The notes below the pieces were generated by a model that worked only from the letters and a program-made list of their open reading frames with translations, made no database searches and had not been told where the DNA came from. Below are positions 51,210 through 61,488 of a stretch of 64,000 nucleotides of DNA, one piece after another. Source of the stretch: Gammaproteobacteria bacterium RIFCSPHIGHO2_12_FULL_35_23. Lineage in GTDB: Bacteria > Pseudomonadota > Gammaproteobacteria > UBA12402. The stretch is from the NCBI GenBank assembly GCA_001801465.1, contig MGXT01000014.1, forward strand, positions 139,376 through 203,375, in the 5' to 3' direction. Both the position numbers and the translations under genes were made by a program. Within the stretch, counting starts at the first letter, position 1. The number at the start of each line of letters is the position of its first letter.

Positions 51210-51848
51210 TTGAAAAAACTGTCTTTAGATAGAAAAAAGATTTGCGAAAAAGCCATAGAACTAATAGAGGCTGATGGACTTGAGAACTTGAGTATGCGTA
51301 AGTTAGCTGAAAAACTAAATGTTAAAGGCGCATCTCTATACAACCATATTACTAACAAATCAGATCTTTACGATTTGATTCAGGAATTTTTATATTCACA
51401 AATGAAGCCGCTAAAAGCTAGTGCTCATTGGCAAGAACACTTAATACAGCTAGCTGAAACTACACGGCAAGGATTACTTAGCATCCCCAATATTGTACCG
51501 CTATTTGCAACTAGGCCAACGATTACTGAATCATCGCTAAAGCAAATGGAGCAAACTTTAAACATTTTAATACAATCGGGATTCGAACATTTTGAAGCAT
51601 TTATTATTTTTAGAAATATTAACATCTTTGTACTAGGTCATGTTTTAGCAGAAGTAGGTCGAACGCCTGGTGAACCAGATAATCAAAATGAGCCATCAAT
51701 TACAAAAATTAATATTGACCCCTACCCTACATTAAAAAAAGCAGGGGCGTATAAAGCGGCTTTGGATTTTGACAAAGGTTTTCAGTTAGGCATTGAAAGC
51801 ATGATTAAAGGTTTAGAACAGATAATAAAAAAGAGGAAAAATCGATGA
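51210..51848 (+). CDS. TetR family regulator (TetR_C type)
   Basis: GLENLSMRKLAEKLNVKGASLYNHITNK; FVLG; FQLG. Confidence 0.92.
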   Translation: MKKLSLDRKKICEKAIELIEADGLENLSMRKLAEKLNVKGASLYNHITNKSDLYDLIQEFLYSQMKPLKASAHWQEHLIQLAETTRQGLLSIPNIVPLFATRPTITESSLKQMEQTLNILIQSGFEHFEAFIIFRNINIFVLGHVLAEVGRTPGEPDNQNEPSITKINIDPYPTLKKAGAYKAALDFDKGFQLGIESMIKGLEQIIKKRKNR

Positions 51849-52300
51849 TCAAATTTTTTATATTATTACAATTCTGCTTATTATTTTTCATGTTATTTCA
51901 TGATTGGATTCCCGTACCTCCACTCAATGATACTGTTGCATTAAAAAAAGTAGATGGTAATTGGGATCGTTTAAAAAGTTCATTAATAAACGGAGCATGT
52001 GTTGCCATTCCTTTATGGCTAACACTTAAATATGTTGATGCAACTATACCATTGTCAACAATTATAACCATTCTTGCTTTTTACTTAGCTTTAACCATTG
52101 GAACTATTTGTGCTTGGTGGATTCCTTATTTTTTTGGAAGCTCGGAAAAGCACAAGCAGATATTTAAAAAATTTAAGAATACCCACCATTTCTTGCCTGC
52201 GCGTGGTAATAACATTATTCCGAATACGTTACATGTTTTATTACATTTGCAAATATGGACGTGTTTACTGTTTTCAGTTTATTTTTTGTTTTTTAGATAA
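51845..52300 (+). CDS. membrane protein
   Basis: HDWIPVPPLND, WWIPYFFG, PNTLH; 4 TM segments; coupled to tetR. Confidence 0.75.
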   Translation: MIKFFILLQFCLLFFMLFHDWIPVPPLNDTVALKKVDGNWDRLKSSLINGACVAIPLWLTLKYVDATIPLSTIITILAFYLALTIGTICAWWIPYFFGSSEKHKQIFKKFKNTHHFLPARGNNIIPNTLHVLLHLQIWTCLLFSVYFLFFR

Positions 52301-52405
52301 ATGCTTTTAAAAGGTTAATATTAAATAAGCAAGAATGATCAAGTACTGCTAATAATAAGTAGGTATTCTTAGCCTCGTTAGTAAATAGTCATAAAGTGAG
52401 TTAAC

Positions 52406-53269
52406 GTGAATTATCGCCAAAAACTAGAAAAAGTGATTGACTACATCGGACAGCATCTCGATGAAGATCTTACGCTTGAAAAGTTAAGCGAGAATTTCTA
52501 TATCTCTAAATTTCACTTTCACCGTCTATTTACTGCATTTACTGGGCTATCCTTACAGCAATATATAAGATGGCTGCGTTTAAAGCGCGCTGCTCATCAG
52601 CTTATTGTCGATAAAGATCAGCCTATTATTAATATTGCAATCAATGCGGGTTTTGAATCTCATGAAGCTTTTTCTCGTGCTTTTAAAAAATCATGTGGAT
52701 TGAGTCCAAATCAGCATAGACATGAATCTAACTGGTCTGGCTGGGAACAACTTCCCTATTGTTTGCCAAAACGAGGTGAAAATAACATGAAAGTAGATAC
52801 TAAGAATATTAATAAAATACGATTAGCTATGGTAGAGCATAGAGGCGATCCAAAATTAATGGCTAAAAATGTGGATAAATTGATATCGTGGGCAAAAGCT
52901 CAAACAATTAATCTTAAGCCAAAGCCAGGTGAAGCATTTGCTATTGCTTATGACGATCCAAAAACAACTCCAGCTGAGAAATTTCGTATGGATCTAGGTA
53001 TAAAGATTCCAGAAAATTTTAAACTTAATGGAGATGTTGTTGAAAAATACGTCCCAGCGGGCCGGTATGCGGTAGTAATGCATAAAGGCTCTCGTGAAAA
53101 ACTTGGTGATACTATATATCCACTCTACCGAGAATGGTTGCCAAACTCTGGTGAAGAATTAGGAGATTTTCCTTGTATTTTGTGTTACTACAATTTTGAT
53201 CATGAAGTAGCAGAAACGGAACTACTAACAGAATGTTGGCTGTTACTAAAAGAATCTATTGCTAAATAA
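52406..53269 (+). CDS. AraC family regulator with GyrI-like effector-binding domain
   Basis: SKFHFHRLF, AGFESHEAFSRAFKK; YDDP, GRYAV..HKG, WLP.SG. Confidence 0.95.
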   Translation: MNYRQKLEKVIDYIGQHLDEDLTLEKLSENFYISKFHFHRLFTAFTGLSLQQYIRWLRLKRAAHQLIVDKDQPIINIAINAGFESHEAFSRAFKKSCGLSPNQHRHESNWSGWEQLPYCLPKRGENNMKVDTKNINKIRLAMVEHRGDPKLMAKNVDKLISWAKAQTINLKPKPGEAFAIAYDDPKTTPAEKFRMDLGIKIPENFKLNGDVVEKYVPAGRYAVVMHKGSREKLGDTIYPLYREWLPNSGEELGDFPCILCYYNFDHEVAETELLTECWLLLKESIAK

Positions 53270-53367
53270 GACTGGGGCACTTACTGATAATAATTTTTCT
53301 TAACTTTATTAAGATCAAATTATTTCTGTATGTGCCGCTAATTAAATTAATTGATTTATAAATTTTA

Positions 53368-54600
53368 TCAAGAAAGTAAACGATGACGAACTATCCGATT
53401 AATCGTTAAAGTAAGCCTAGCAAGAGAATTTCCTTTAGCATTCTGAGCAACTGCGATCATTACTTGCTCGCTAGGAATCCACATATATTCAGCAGTATAA
53501 CCTTCTGTGCTACCGACATAATAATACAACATGCCGCCATCTTCAGGAGCATATGCCATCGCAATCCCTAATGCGTAACATCCAGTATCCTCGCCACATT
53601 GCTTACTTGGATTCGTTGCAGGTTGGCCATTAGTCATTTGTACTGCGTACTGAAGCATTTGTTTTGTGGGAACCATTTGATCATGGTAAAGTGCATAAGA
53701 GACTTTTGCTAAAGCTGAAGAATTTCCTAGCATAGCACCAGCACTAGCCACAAAGGACATGTTCCAATCGGTAACATCGCCCCACCTTAAAGGATCAGAA
53801 GGATTCATAGAATAAAATCCATAACCATGAATCATTTTCTCTAATAAAAATTTTGGATAAGGTTTATCGTAATAAAACACATCACATCCTTCCTTTTGAA
53901 AGGGTTGAAGCAATTTATTAAATGCTTGCGATAATGATTGATGAGAATATTTTTCAATGATCATTCCTAAAATAATATAATTAGTATTTGAATAATACCA
54001 ATGACTGCCTGCTCGAAAACAACCGAATTGATCACAATTATTCTGTTTTTGATAGTTAGCAGCAGCATTAACCAATTCAGCTAAACTATACTGGCGATAA
54101 GGATCAAATTGAATTTTTTTCTTAGCCATTTCATTAGGTATAATTTGTTGATATTCAGGAATCCCACTAGTCATATTCATCAGCTGTACAACAGTTACTT
54201 GTTTCCAAACTGACGGCCAGCTGCCAATAGAATTTGAAAAATTTTCTGGAAATAATTGCACTAGGGTTTCTTCAGCATTAATTTTTTTACTATTAATTAA
54301 TTTTACAATTAATACATCTGTATATTCTTTAGTAATACTTCCCCACTGCATAAACATATTCGTGGTAGCAGGCACAAAAGAGTTATAGTATTTAGTACCA
54401 ACCACAAAACCTCGCGGTTTAGCTTCACCAGGCAGAAGAATGCTTAGCTGTACCGCTGAAATATGCAACGATTTCGTATTATCTTTTAAATAACTTTGGA
54501 TTGTATTTTGTAATTGATTATTTAAAGAATCCGAGGGACTTGCATAGGTAAGAAAATTTATCCCTAACAAAATAATTATTAAAATTAATCTAATAAACAT
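53368..54600 (-). CDS. secreted serine hydrolase, beta-lactamase/D-peptidase family
   Basis: Signal peptide; SITK (SxxK), LMNMTSG, YSNTNY (YxN). Confidence 0.88.
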   Translation of the reverse strand: MFIRLILIIILLGINFLTYASPSDSLNNQLQNTIQSYLKDNTKSLHISAVQLSILLPGEAKPRGFVVGTKYYNSFVPATTNMFMQWGSITKEYTDVLIVKLINSKKINAEETLVQLFPENFSNSIGSWPSVWKQVTVVQLMNMTSGIPEYQQIIPNEMAKKKIQFDPYRQYSLAELVNAAANYQKQNNCDQFGCFRAGSHWYYSNTNYIILGMIIEKYSHQSLSQAFNKLLQPFQKEGCDVFYYDKPYPKFLLEKMIHGYGFYSMNPSDPLRWGDVTDWNMSFVASAGAMLGNSSALAKVSYALYHDQMVPTKQMLQYAVQMTNGQPATNPSKQCGEDTGCYALGIAMAYAPEDGGMLYYYVGSTEGYTAEYMWIPSEQVMIAVAQNAKGNSLARLTLTINRIVRHRLLS

Positions 54601-54872
54601 AAAAAATCTTGCGTTAATCTTTGCACATTAGTACGTCAATGGCAAAGATTATACAGATAATAAACCTCTTTGCTATACCTTTTGAACATAGTAAATTTCT
54701 AGCGCGCAGCAATCCGATCCATAATCATTATAAGATAATTGCCAAAGCAACAAATCTTTCTTTTAGAATTATCCAGCATCATCTAGATAATATTCGTTAT
54801 AACAATGATTTTTCTTCCATTAAAGAACTATTACTTTGTGTAAATCGTAAAGATACCTAATAGCTATAAATG

Positions 54873-56001
54873 CTAGTTCTCTTTTATACCCATAACACTA
54901 ACAGTTGAAATGGTATATAAAAAAGTACCCTCTATAGAAGCCACAGACAAATCCCTTAGCCAAGAATCGGTTTCATGCTTGTGAACATAGCCAGCATTTA
55001 TACCAGCAGCAATTATCCTCTCAAATAGTGAAATATCTTTCTTTTCCCGTTCGTTAGAGTCAGATTGTATATATACCTTTTTACTTTTTTCTTTTCTATA
55101 ACGAACAATGGTGCCTGAAACAACTATTAAGAAAATGGCCAATATACCAGCGATAGTGTAATTTTGTGGTTGAACTCGATGATCAAAAAATTCAAGAAAA
55201 AACACGAGTACAGGCATAAAGGGTAAGGTAATAGCAATGCTAATAGGTTGCAGTTCACGTATGGAAATTTGATAAACTATTTGTGGAATAATAATTAAGC
55301 TGAAGGCGCACAAAAAAACTCCACCTATAATCCAAAGTGTAAAAACCACTTCTTGGCTAAAGAATAAGCATAAAATTCCAGTTAAAATAACTAGTAATAA
55401 AAAACGAATTGTTAAAGTATCAATCGGACTAAAATTTGCATCACTTAAACGTTTTGCATAAATATTATTAAATGCTAAAGCTATGCCTACTATTAAATAG
55501 CAAATTACAGAAAAAATATTTTCTATGTGGGTTGTCGGTTTCACTAATGTTTTTCCACTGAAGCTAATCAAAATCAAATAAATTGAAAGAGCTAACAAAG
55601 TAATAGAGATACCATAATCAATAGGATTACTTTTTTGCTTTTTATAAAGATATGTAGCAACTAATAAAGTAGCGATCGGTGTAATAGCTAATGTAACTGC
55701 GCTTACAATTGAGGGCTCTACAAATTTAAGTGGATAGAGCAAAAAAAGCCAACATCCGACGGTGGTTATATTGATCCAAAAGACGTCTTTATAATGCTTA
55801 ACACATTTAAAAAAACAAGGGCTTAAGCTGTTTTTTATTTAAAAGTATAAAAAATATTGAAGAAATTACAGAAATATAAAATCCTAAATAAATTGGGTTA
55901 ACTTGTTGTTCAATAGATCCTGTTAGAACACGAGAAAAAGCTGAAATTAAGCACCAAATAATTAATAAAATAAATCCTAATTTTATTTTTTTATCTTGCA
56001 T
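54873..56001 (-). pseudogene. frameshifted EamA/DMT transporter with methyltransferase-like C-terminal tail
   Basis: Removing one base from the A7 run at 55809-55815 joins MQDKK... to ...FWINITTVGCWLFLLYPLKFVEP; tail WLRDL..AS.EGTF......VMGIK. Confidence 0.7.
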
Positions 56002-56182
56002 GTGGTTGATATGCCTTTCAATAATAGTACAATGGCCGAACAAAATGTTATCATATATTAAATGTAAATTGAATCCCGGTTAATAAAAAAACACTTAAAG
56101 CAAGGTAATATAAGCGATTGATTTTTAACAACTATTTCAGTGACATACCGGACTAAAATTTGAACATTTTCAAAGTTCTAAT

Positions 56183-56270
56183 CTGTTAATCACTGGGTCG
56201 GCGGTTCGAGCCCGTCTCGGGGAGCCATTTAATCAAGGTCTGTACCGGAGACGTAGCTTCCCACTTTATT
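56183..56270 (+). repeat. att repeat copy 3: tRNA-Asn 3' half plus flank
   Basis: Begins exactly at the anticodon loop CTGTTAA; 88-bp identity to 47311-47398. Confidence 0.95.
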
Positions 56271-56406
56271 GAGTGTGGAAGTTTTGGGGAAGTCTAACGA
56301 TGTAGTACGAAGCAACGTGAGCGTTGGACTACTCGTTTGTCTTTGACACGCCTTAGGGTAGAGCCTATATTTACTTTTTAGCATTTTCAATGAGGTATAA
56401 ATAAAA

Positions 56407-56865
56407 ATGAAGCAATTAAACATCCTAATTGTTAGTATTGGACTATTATTTGTAACAAACTTAGCTTTAGCTGCTTCAAGCCAGAGCGCGCCCACCAGAA
56501 ATAATACACCAAACCCTCCTACAGTGAATATCTACGCGAGTTACATTCTAAGAGGAGAAACAAGAATTGACTTGAACAATTATTTTAATAACCCCGATTA
56601 TTCTGGTAGCCTGCATTATTCAGACCAAGACGTGTCATCAATTAGCGTTACCAATCCTGCTGGTGATATTGACACACTAAAAATGTCTATACTCAGTATG
56701 CAGAATCTTGTTCAACTAAATGGTTCAATTCTAGTAAACCAAAATAGTGCGCCTCAGCTTATACCAACTGCTGGCATATACACAGTTCAAGTTTTTGCTG
56801 CTAATGCTGTGGGTCGTGCTGAAAAACCTGTAACTATACAATATAATATAGAATATAATTGTTAA
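56407..56865 (+). CDS. secreted beta-rich hypothetical protein (Ig/cadherin-like?)
   Basis: Signal peptide; IDLNNYFNNPD..SLHYS and GIYTVQVFAAN motifs. Confidence 0.65.
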   Translation: MKQLNILIVSIGLLFVTNLALAASSQSAPTRNNTPNPPTVNIYASYILRGETRIDLNNYFNNPDYSGSLHYSDQDVSSISVTNPAGDIDTLKMSILSMQNLVQLNGSILVNQNSAPQLIPTAGIYTVQVFAANAVGRAEKPVTIQYNIEYNC

Positions 56866-56955
56866 CCTTGTAATCGATAAATAAAGGATAGAATTTAAAG
56901 TAAGAGTTAGTATATCACCAACTCTTATTTTTTATCCATCATCATTACATAACAT

Positions 56956-57071
56956 AGTTTCGCTGAGGATTGTTTAAATTCTGAATCATAATTTTGTTTT
57001 GTCATTTGGAAACCCCTCTTTTTAGTCATAAATATTATAAGTTATGTGTCCGGATTAGTGTAGCCACATCA
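56956..57071 (-). mobile_element. IS3-family left-end remnant with orfA 5' stub
   Basis: TGATGTGGCTACACTAATCCGGACAC end, then RBS and MTKQNYDSEFKQSSAKL (ATG 57005). Confidence 0.65.
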
Positions 57072-57116
57072 GTTCGCCGAAAATTGGAATTAGTGTTCGG
57101 GTGACACCAGAATACA
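57072..57116 (-). mobile_element. IS21-family terminal repeat remnant
   Basis: TGTATTCTGGTGTCACCCGAACACTAATTCCAATTTTCGGCGAAC with reiterated CGAAC units. Confidence 0.5.
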
Positions 57117-57199
57117 CATGAATATAATTAACACCTTCATCAACATGCGATAATGATATTACTGATCAGAATCAAGAGCTGATTTCACATTCAACCTTT

Positions 57200-58372
57200 T
57201 TATTGTCTGTCATAAATCAATTTAGCTAGCGCTGGAAGGCTAATGACCTGCGTGTTTTTTGCAATAGAAAACTGCTCGTTTCCAGGATATACCAAAAAGG
57301 ACTGATGAGGTTTAATGTCTTCATAGGCTGTGTAGAATCCTTTCTCTAATTTTGGCGCTAAACTCCTTTTAATTTCAATTGCCCACCTTTCGTTAGGTTT
57401 AAACTCAATAATCAGATCGATTTCGGCACCCGCTGAAGTGCGATAAAAATAAGCTTCGGCACTAGATGGCAACAATGAAAGTAAGTTTTCAATGACATAG
57501 CCTTCCCAACTGGAACCTGCTACTGGATGCGCCAGTAGATCATCAAAATGATTTATGCTTAACAATGCATGCACTAACCCACTGTCTCGCACATAGGTTT
57601 TTGGAGATTTCACAAGCCGCTTCCCTGTGTTTTTACTCCACGCAGGCAGCCGCCTAACCAGCATCAAGTCAACTAACAAGTCCAAGTAGCGAGTAACTGT
57701 TTGACTACTAACCCCTAAAGCAGCAGCTAATTTAGAAGCATTGAATAACTCACTTTGGTTATGTGCAAGCATGGTCCAAAATCGTCGTAAAGTTTCAGCC
57801 GGAATTCTTGGTCCAAGTTGCGGAATGTCACGCTCTAAGTAAGTTTTGATAAACCCCTGGCGCCATTCCAAGCTAGACTTATCACTACTCGCTAGATAAC
57901 TTTCGGGAAATCCTCCTCTTACCCAATGTTTTTTTCCATCCGGTTGGTAGGCTTTTAATTCTAAGATACTCAATGTACTTAACTCAGTGTAAATGATGCG
58001 TCCTGCTAGGGTTTCAGCAGATTGCTTTAAAAGATCAATAGAGGCTGACCCTAGAATCAGAAACTGCCCCGTTTTATGACCTTGGCGTCGTTTAGCATCA
58101 ATAATCCCACGGAGTATACGAAACAGGTTGGGGCTTTGTTGAATTTCGTCAAGAATAATCAACTGTTCTCCTTGCTCATGGAAATACATCTCTGGATCTG
58201 TTAATTTAGCGCGATCAATAGGTGATTCAAGGTCCAAGTAAACGGATGAGCGTTTTTCAGCAATGCTGAAAGCCAAAGTCGTCTTGCCCACTTGTCTAGG
58301 CCCTAATATACCCACCACAGCATGATGCTGTAGCAAATTAATAATTTCTTTACAAAGAAGTCGAGTTATCAT
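57200..58372 (-). CDS. AAA_14 ATPase with DUF4143 (wHTH and nuclease-like C-terminus)
   Basis: GPRQVGKT, LDEIQ, LGSAS, ETLAGR, RGGFP, KSPK, EIDL...IEIK. Confidence 0.92.
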   Translation of the reverse strand: MITRLLCKEIINLLQHHAVVGILGPRQVGKTTLAFSIAEKRSSVYLDLESPIDRAKLTDPEMYFHEQGEQLIILDEIQQSPNLFRILRGIIDAKRRQGHKTGQFLILGSASIDLLKQSAETLAGRIIYTELSTLSILELKAYQPDGKKHWVRGGFPESYLASSDKSSLEWRQGFIKTYLERDIPQLGPRIPAETLRRFWTMLAHNQSELFNASKLAAALGVSSQTVTRYLDLLVDLMLVRRLPAWSKNTGKRLVKSPKTYVRDSGLVHALLSINHFDDLLAHPVAGSSWEGYVIENLLSLLPSSAEAYFYRTSAGAEIDLIIEFKPNERWAIEIKRSLAPKLEKGFYTAYEDIKPHQSFLVYPGNEQFSIAKNTQVISLPALAKLIYDRQ

Positions 58373-58763
58373 CCTTGAAATATTACCATATCATGAAGAA
58401 TTTACAAGGATACTTTTGCGCTTATCTAAAAGAACCAAGCCCGCAAATTTGAAGAAGAATAAAACATACTATAGATGCTTCCTCCATCTCCAAACTCTTG
58501 GGAAAAGATTGGCTTGATCATTAATTGCATTTATAACAACCTATTATCTACTTACTCTGACTCTAAATAGCCGTAAACGTTCTTAAATAGCTTACGATAA
58601 ACCTAACTGTCACTGCCTAATTTTAAAGAACTTAACAACGCAAAAAATAGACAATAAAAAAACTTAGAACAGTCTTTTCTATACGACTTACAATTTCATT
58701 TACATTAATAGTGCCGGGCATTTATTAACCTCTTATTATAAATTTGACACACTATAAAACTCT

Positions 58764-60578
58764 TCATGCCATACCGGCTACTGCTGTTGGTCTTACAGCA
58801 ACTGCATCTGGAAGAGCTCCCCTTGGATTTCTTATACTTGCAGCTAATTGCTGTGTCTGTTCAATTCTTTCGTTAACAGTTCTTAGACTAGGGCCTTTTC
58901 GATGCAAGCAAGCCCAACAACCTGATGAGACCTCTATTCTTGCTTTATCTAATAGTAAAAGAATTTCACGTACCCATAGATAATGCAGAGTTTCGGCTTT
59001 ATCTGCTACTACTGTAACACCAGAGGCGCTAACAGCAGCGCCAGCATCTGGACGTGGTCTAAGTTCTTCTACTAATGTTTGCATACGTCTGTCATCTGTT
59101 ATTCTTCTTATGTCTTGAAAATCTTCGGGTAATAATTGTAAGAATTCGGTGAGTCCTCGTTTGCCCAGCGGTAATAGATACTCCGCTATTTGCTCAGGGG
59201 ATATATATTGGAGTAACTCAATTCTATGTTTTGGATATGTCGCCCTAGTTATTATCGGTTCCTCAATCAATACAGATATATGTTTACTCTGTACATGTCC
59301 ACAAATACTATCTTTCCCTAATGCCTTTATTAAAGTATCTTTATTGTAGTAGTCTACAGCGTTAAGTACAGTTAGTAATTGTTCTATATTTTTAACTAGT
59401 ACACTAAGGCAAACCTTTTCCAATACATTAATTAATACGGCTTGGTCATCTCCATCTAATCTTCTGAAGACCCTTGCTAATTGATGTCCATCTGGAATAA
59501 TTCTTTGTAAACTTTCCCCAAGTTCATTAATTAGAACGCGCCCATTCTCGGACTCTAAAATTATAAACATGTCTGTTAATTTGTCTGCATCTGGAATAAA
59601 TCGTAGAAGATTATCTTTTCCTAATTTATTAATTAAAGCAGTACGGCCTTCTTTTGATAAACTAGTAAATATCTCTTTGAGTTTATCTGTATTTGCAATA
59701 ATCGAGTTAAGGTTACTGATTTCAAACGCATTAATTAAAGCAATTTGCTGGTCTGGTGATAATTTATTTAATACTCTTCTCAAGCCGTCACTATTTCTAA
59801 TAAATCTCTCAAAAAGAACATAATAATTAGCATAATGGCTTACATCTAATATTTGTAATAATGCTATAAATTTTGTTTCATCAGTAACAAGCCACATATG
59901 ACATGCATTGATTAAATATATTTGTTTTTCTATGGGGAGAATTCTAAGAACTTCAATTAAGCGGTTTATATCAGAAATAATCTTGATAACAAACCCGTTC
60001 CATAGAGTTGCTTCTACTGTTGCTAGTACATTTGCTACTTTCTCTGCTGTATCTAGGATACTGCTAAGATATTCTCTTTCTAATTCCGCAAGCAGCGCAT
60101 AGCGACAGCTAGTATCTGTCAGCCCGTTAAGCAAACTAACTAACTGCTCTGCGTTATGAACGATTCTCTTAACTATATTTTTTATTAATAATTCGCTTAG
60201 AATATCATCCCTTTTATAAACATTAAGAAGTCTTATTAAGTGTTCTACAGTCTGAAACATTGAAGAAGGTGAGCGAATATTAGCTATATCCCTTAGAACA
60301 ATACCCCTTAGCTCCGCTGATACTACTTCAACTACTGCTAATACTTGGTCCACAGTTGTAATAATTCTTTGTAAATGATCTATTGTAAGTCGATTTAACA
60401 AGAAATAGTGATCTATACGATTTAGTACTCTAAGAAACTGAGCAAATTGCTCAGCGGTTGAGATAAGTTGTCGAAGTTTATCTTCCTCTATATTATTTCT
60501 AACAAATCCCCATTGGTCTTGCTCTGATAAAGCTGCTACTGCGTCTTTTAATTCCTCAAAGGTTTCAATCGTAGGCAT
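58764..60578 (-). CDS. helical-repeat protein (about 34-aa repeats), candidate effector
   Basis: Repeats of the form L..II...DKL...F..L.......LI..LG; GGAG RBS; PmrA box upstream. Confidence 0.7.
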   Translation of the reverse strand: MPTIETFEELKDAVAALSEQDQWGFVRNNIEEDKLRQLISTAEQFAQFLRVLNRIDHYFLLNRLTIDHLQRIITTVDQVLAVVEVVSAELRGIVLRDIANIRSPSSMFQTVEHLIRLLNVYKRDDILSELLIKNIVKRIVHNAEQLVSLLNGLTDTSCRYALLAELEREYLSSILDTAEKVANVLATVEATLWNGFVIKIISDINRLIEVLRILPIEKQIYLINACHMWLVTDETKFIALLQILDVSHYANYYVLFERFIRNSDGLRRVLNKLSPDQQIALINAFEISNLNSIIANTDKLKEIFTSLSKEGRTALINKLGKDNLLRFIPDADKLTDMFIILESENGRVLINELGESLQRIIPDGHQLARVFRRLDGDDQAVLINVLEKVCLSVLVKNIEQLLTVLNAVDYYNKDTLIKALGKDSICGHVQSKHISVLIEEPIITRATYPKHRIELLQYISPEQIAEYLLPLGKRGLTEFLQLLPEDFQDIRRITDDRRMQTLVEELRPRPDAGAAVSASGVTVVADKAETLHYLWVREILLLLDKARIEVSSGCWACLHRKGPSLRTVNERIEQTQQLAASIRNPRGALPDAVAVRPTAVAGMA

Positions 60579-60638
60579 TCAGAATCTCCTTAAATCATTA
60601 TTTTTTAAGCTCATGGCGTAGCAGTTTAACTTATCTTC

Positions 60639-60655
60639 ATTAAGATAATATTAAG
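60639..60655 (-). promoter_or_regulatory. PmrA-type box
   Basis: CTTAAT-ATTAT-CTTAAT followed 10 nt later by TAAACT, 60 bp upstream of ATG 60578. Confidence 0.65.
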
Positions 60656-60781
60656 AAATCGCCAATAATGTAAAAATTTTGATCGATTACTAAAAATGTT
60701 TATTTTACAATAGTTTATAGGTATTTATCCTTATAAAGTCTTTTCTAATATCAAAATGAGTCTAAAGGGATTAGGTGAAAG

Positions 60782-61488
60782 TCAGGCCCATTTCCTGCAG
60801 TCTTCATGTATTTGTTTAAATAATAATGTACGTTGTAGCTGAAGTTGGTCAGCTGCTTCATTATCAGACATTGATTTTGCTATGTCATCTAGTTTTTTAA
60901 ATGTAATACCGTCTTTGAGATGTTGCCCTGCATTCGGCAAAGATTTTAATTTATCATATGGCGTCATCATATTTTTATATTCGTATTTCTTTTTTTGTTT
61001 TCCTTTAGCATCCATTGTAGTTGTTGGATAAAGACAAGGGCGATGATAATTCACATAGGGATTGAGTGCGTTGACATTAAACTCATTTATCTGAGCTGCA
61101 AAATATTGTGGAATATGCGAGTAGCCAAATGTTTTACGCACAATAGCAGCATTTTTACCTTCAGCTAATGCATTATCGTTTGAATGTCTTGATCGTGATT
61201 TTGTCATTTCAATATTAAGTTTATTTAGCAAGGCAGAGACCATTTTATTAATATATTCACTACCGTTATCTGAGTGAAAATTAATTATTTTAAAAGGGAA
61301 AGCATCAATTAAAATCTGAAGCGCTGGAATTAAATACGCTTCGGATATTTTCTCAACGCTGACTACAATTTCAAACTGCGTCACTTCATCGACAGCATTA
61401 ATGTGCTAGACGCCTTTCAAGCCATCCAGATCGCCTTGGTGCACGGTATCGATGCGAATATAGCCTGGGTTGCCGTTTGCTTGTGGTT
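60782..61488 (-). pseudogene. truncated DDE integrase-core transposase (IS481/ISNCY-like)
   Basis: PGYIRIDTVHQGD..KGV*HINAVD (TAG at 61408-61406), HSDNGSEY, NDNALAEGKN; 5' part cut off by an IS3 end. Confidence 0.8.

Larger units (their letters stand above)
47356..56227. mobile_element. island 2 integrated in tandem at the tRNA-Asn att site (no integrase)
   Basis: Bounded by att copies 2 and 3; regulator/detoxification cargo. Confidence 0.8.

Noticed and set aside
54621..54860. 79-aa plus-strand ORF
   Set aside because: TTG start, no RBS or motif; probably intergenic
56229..56495. 88-aa minus-strand ORF
   Set aside because: Overlaps the att repeat and the secreted-protein gene
58671..60747. 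11-bp direct repeat AGTCTTTTCTA at 58671 and 60737 flanking the repeat-protein gene
   Set aside because: Short and AT-rich; could relate to an IS end but cannot be distinguished from chance
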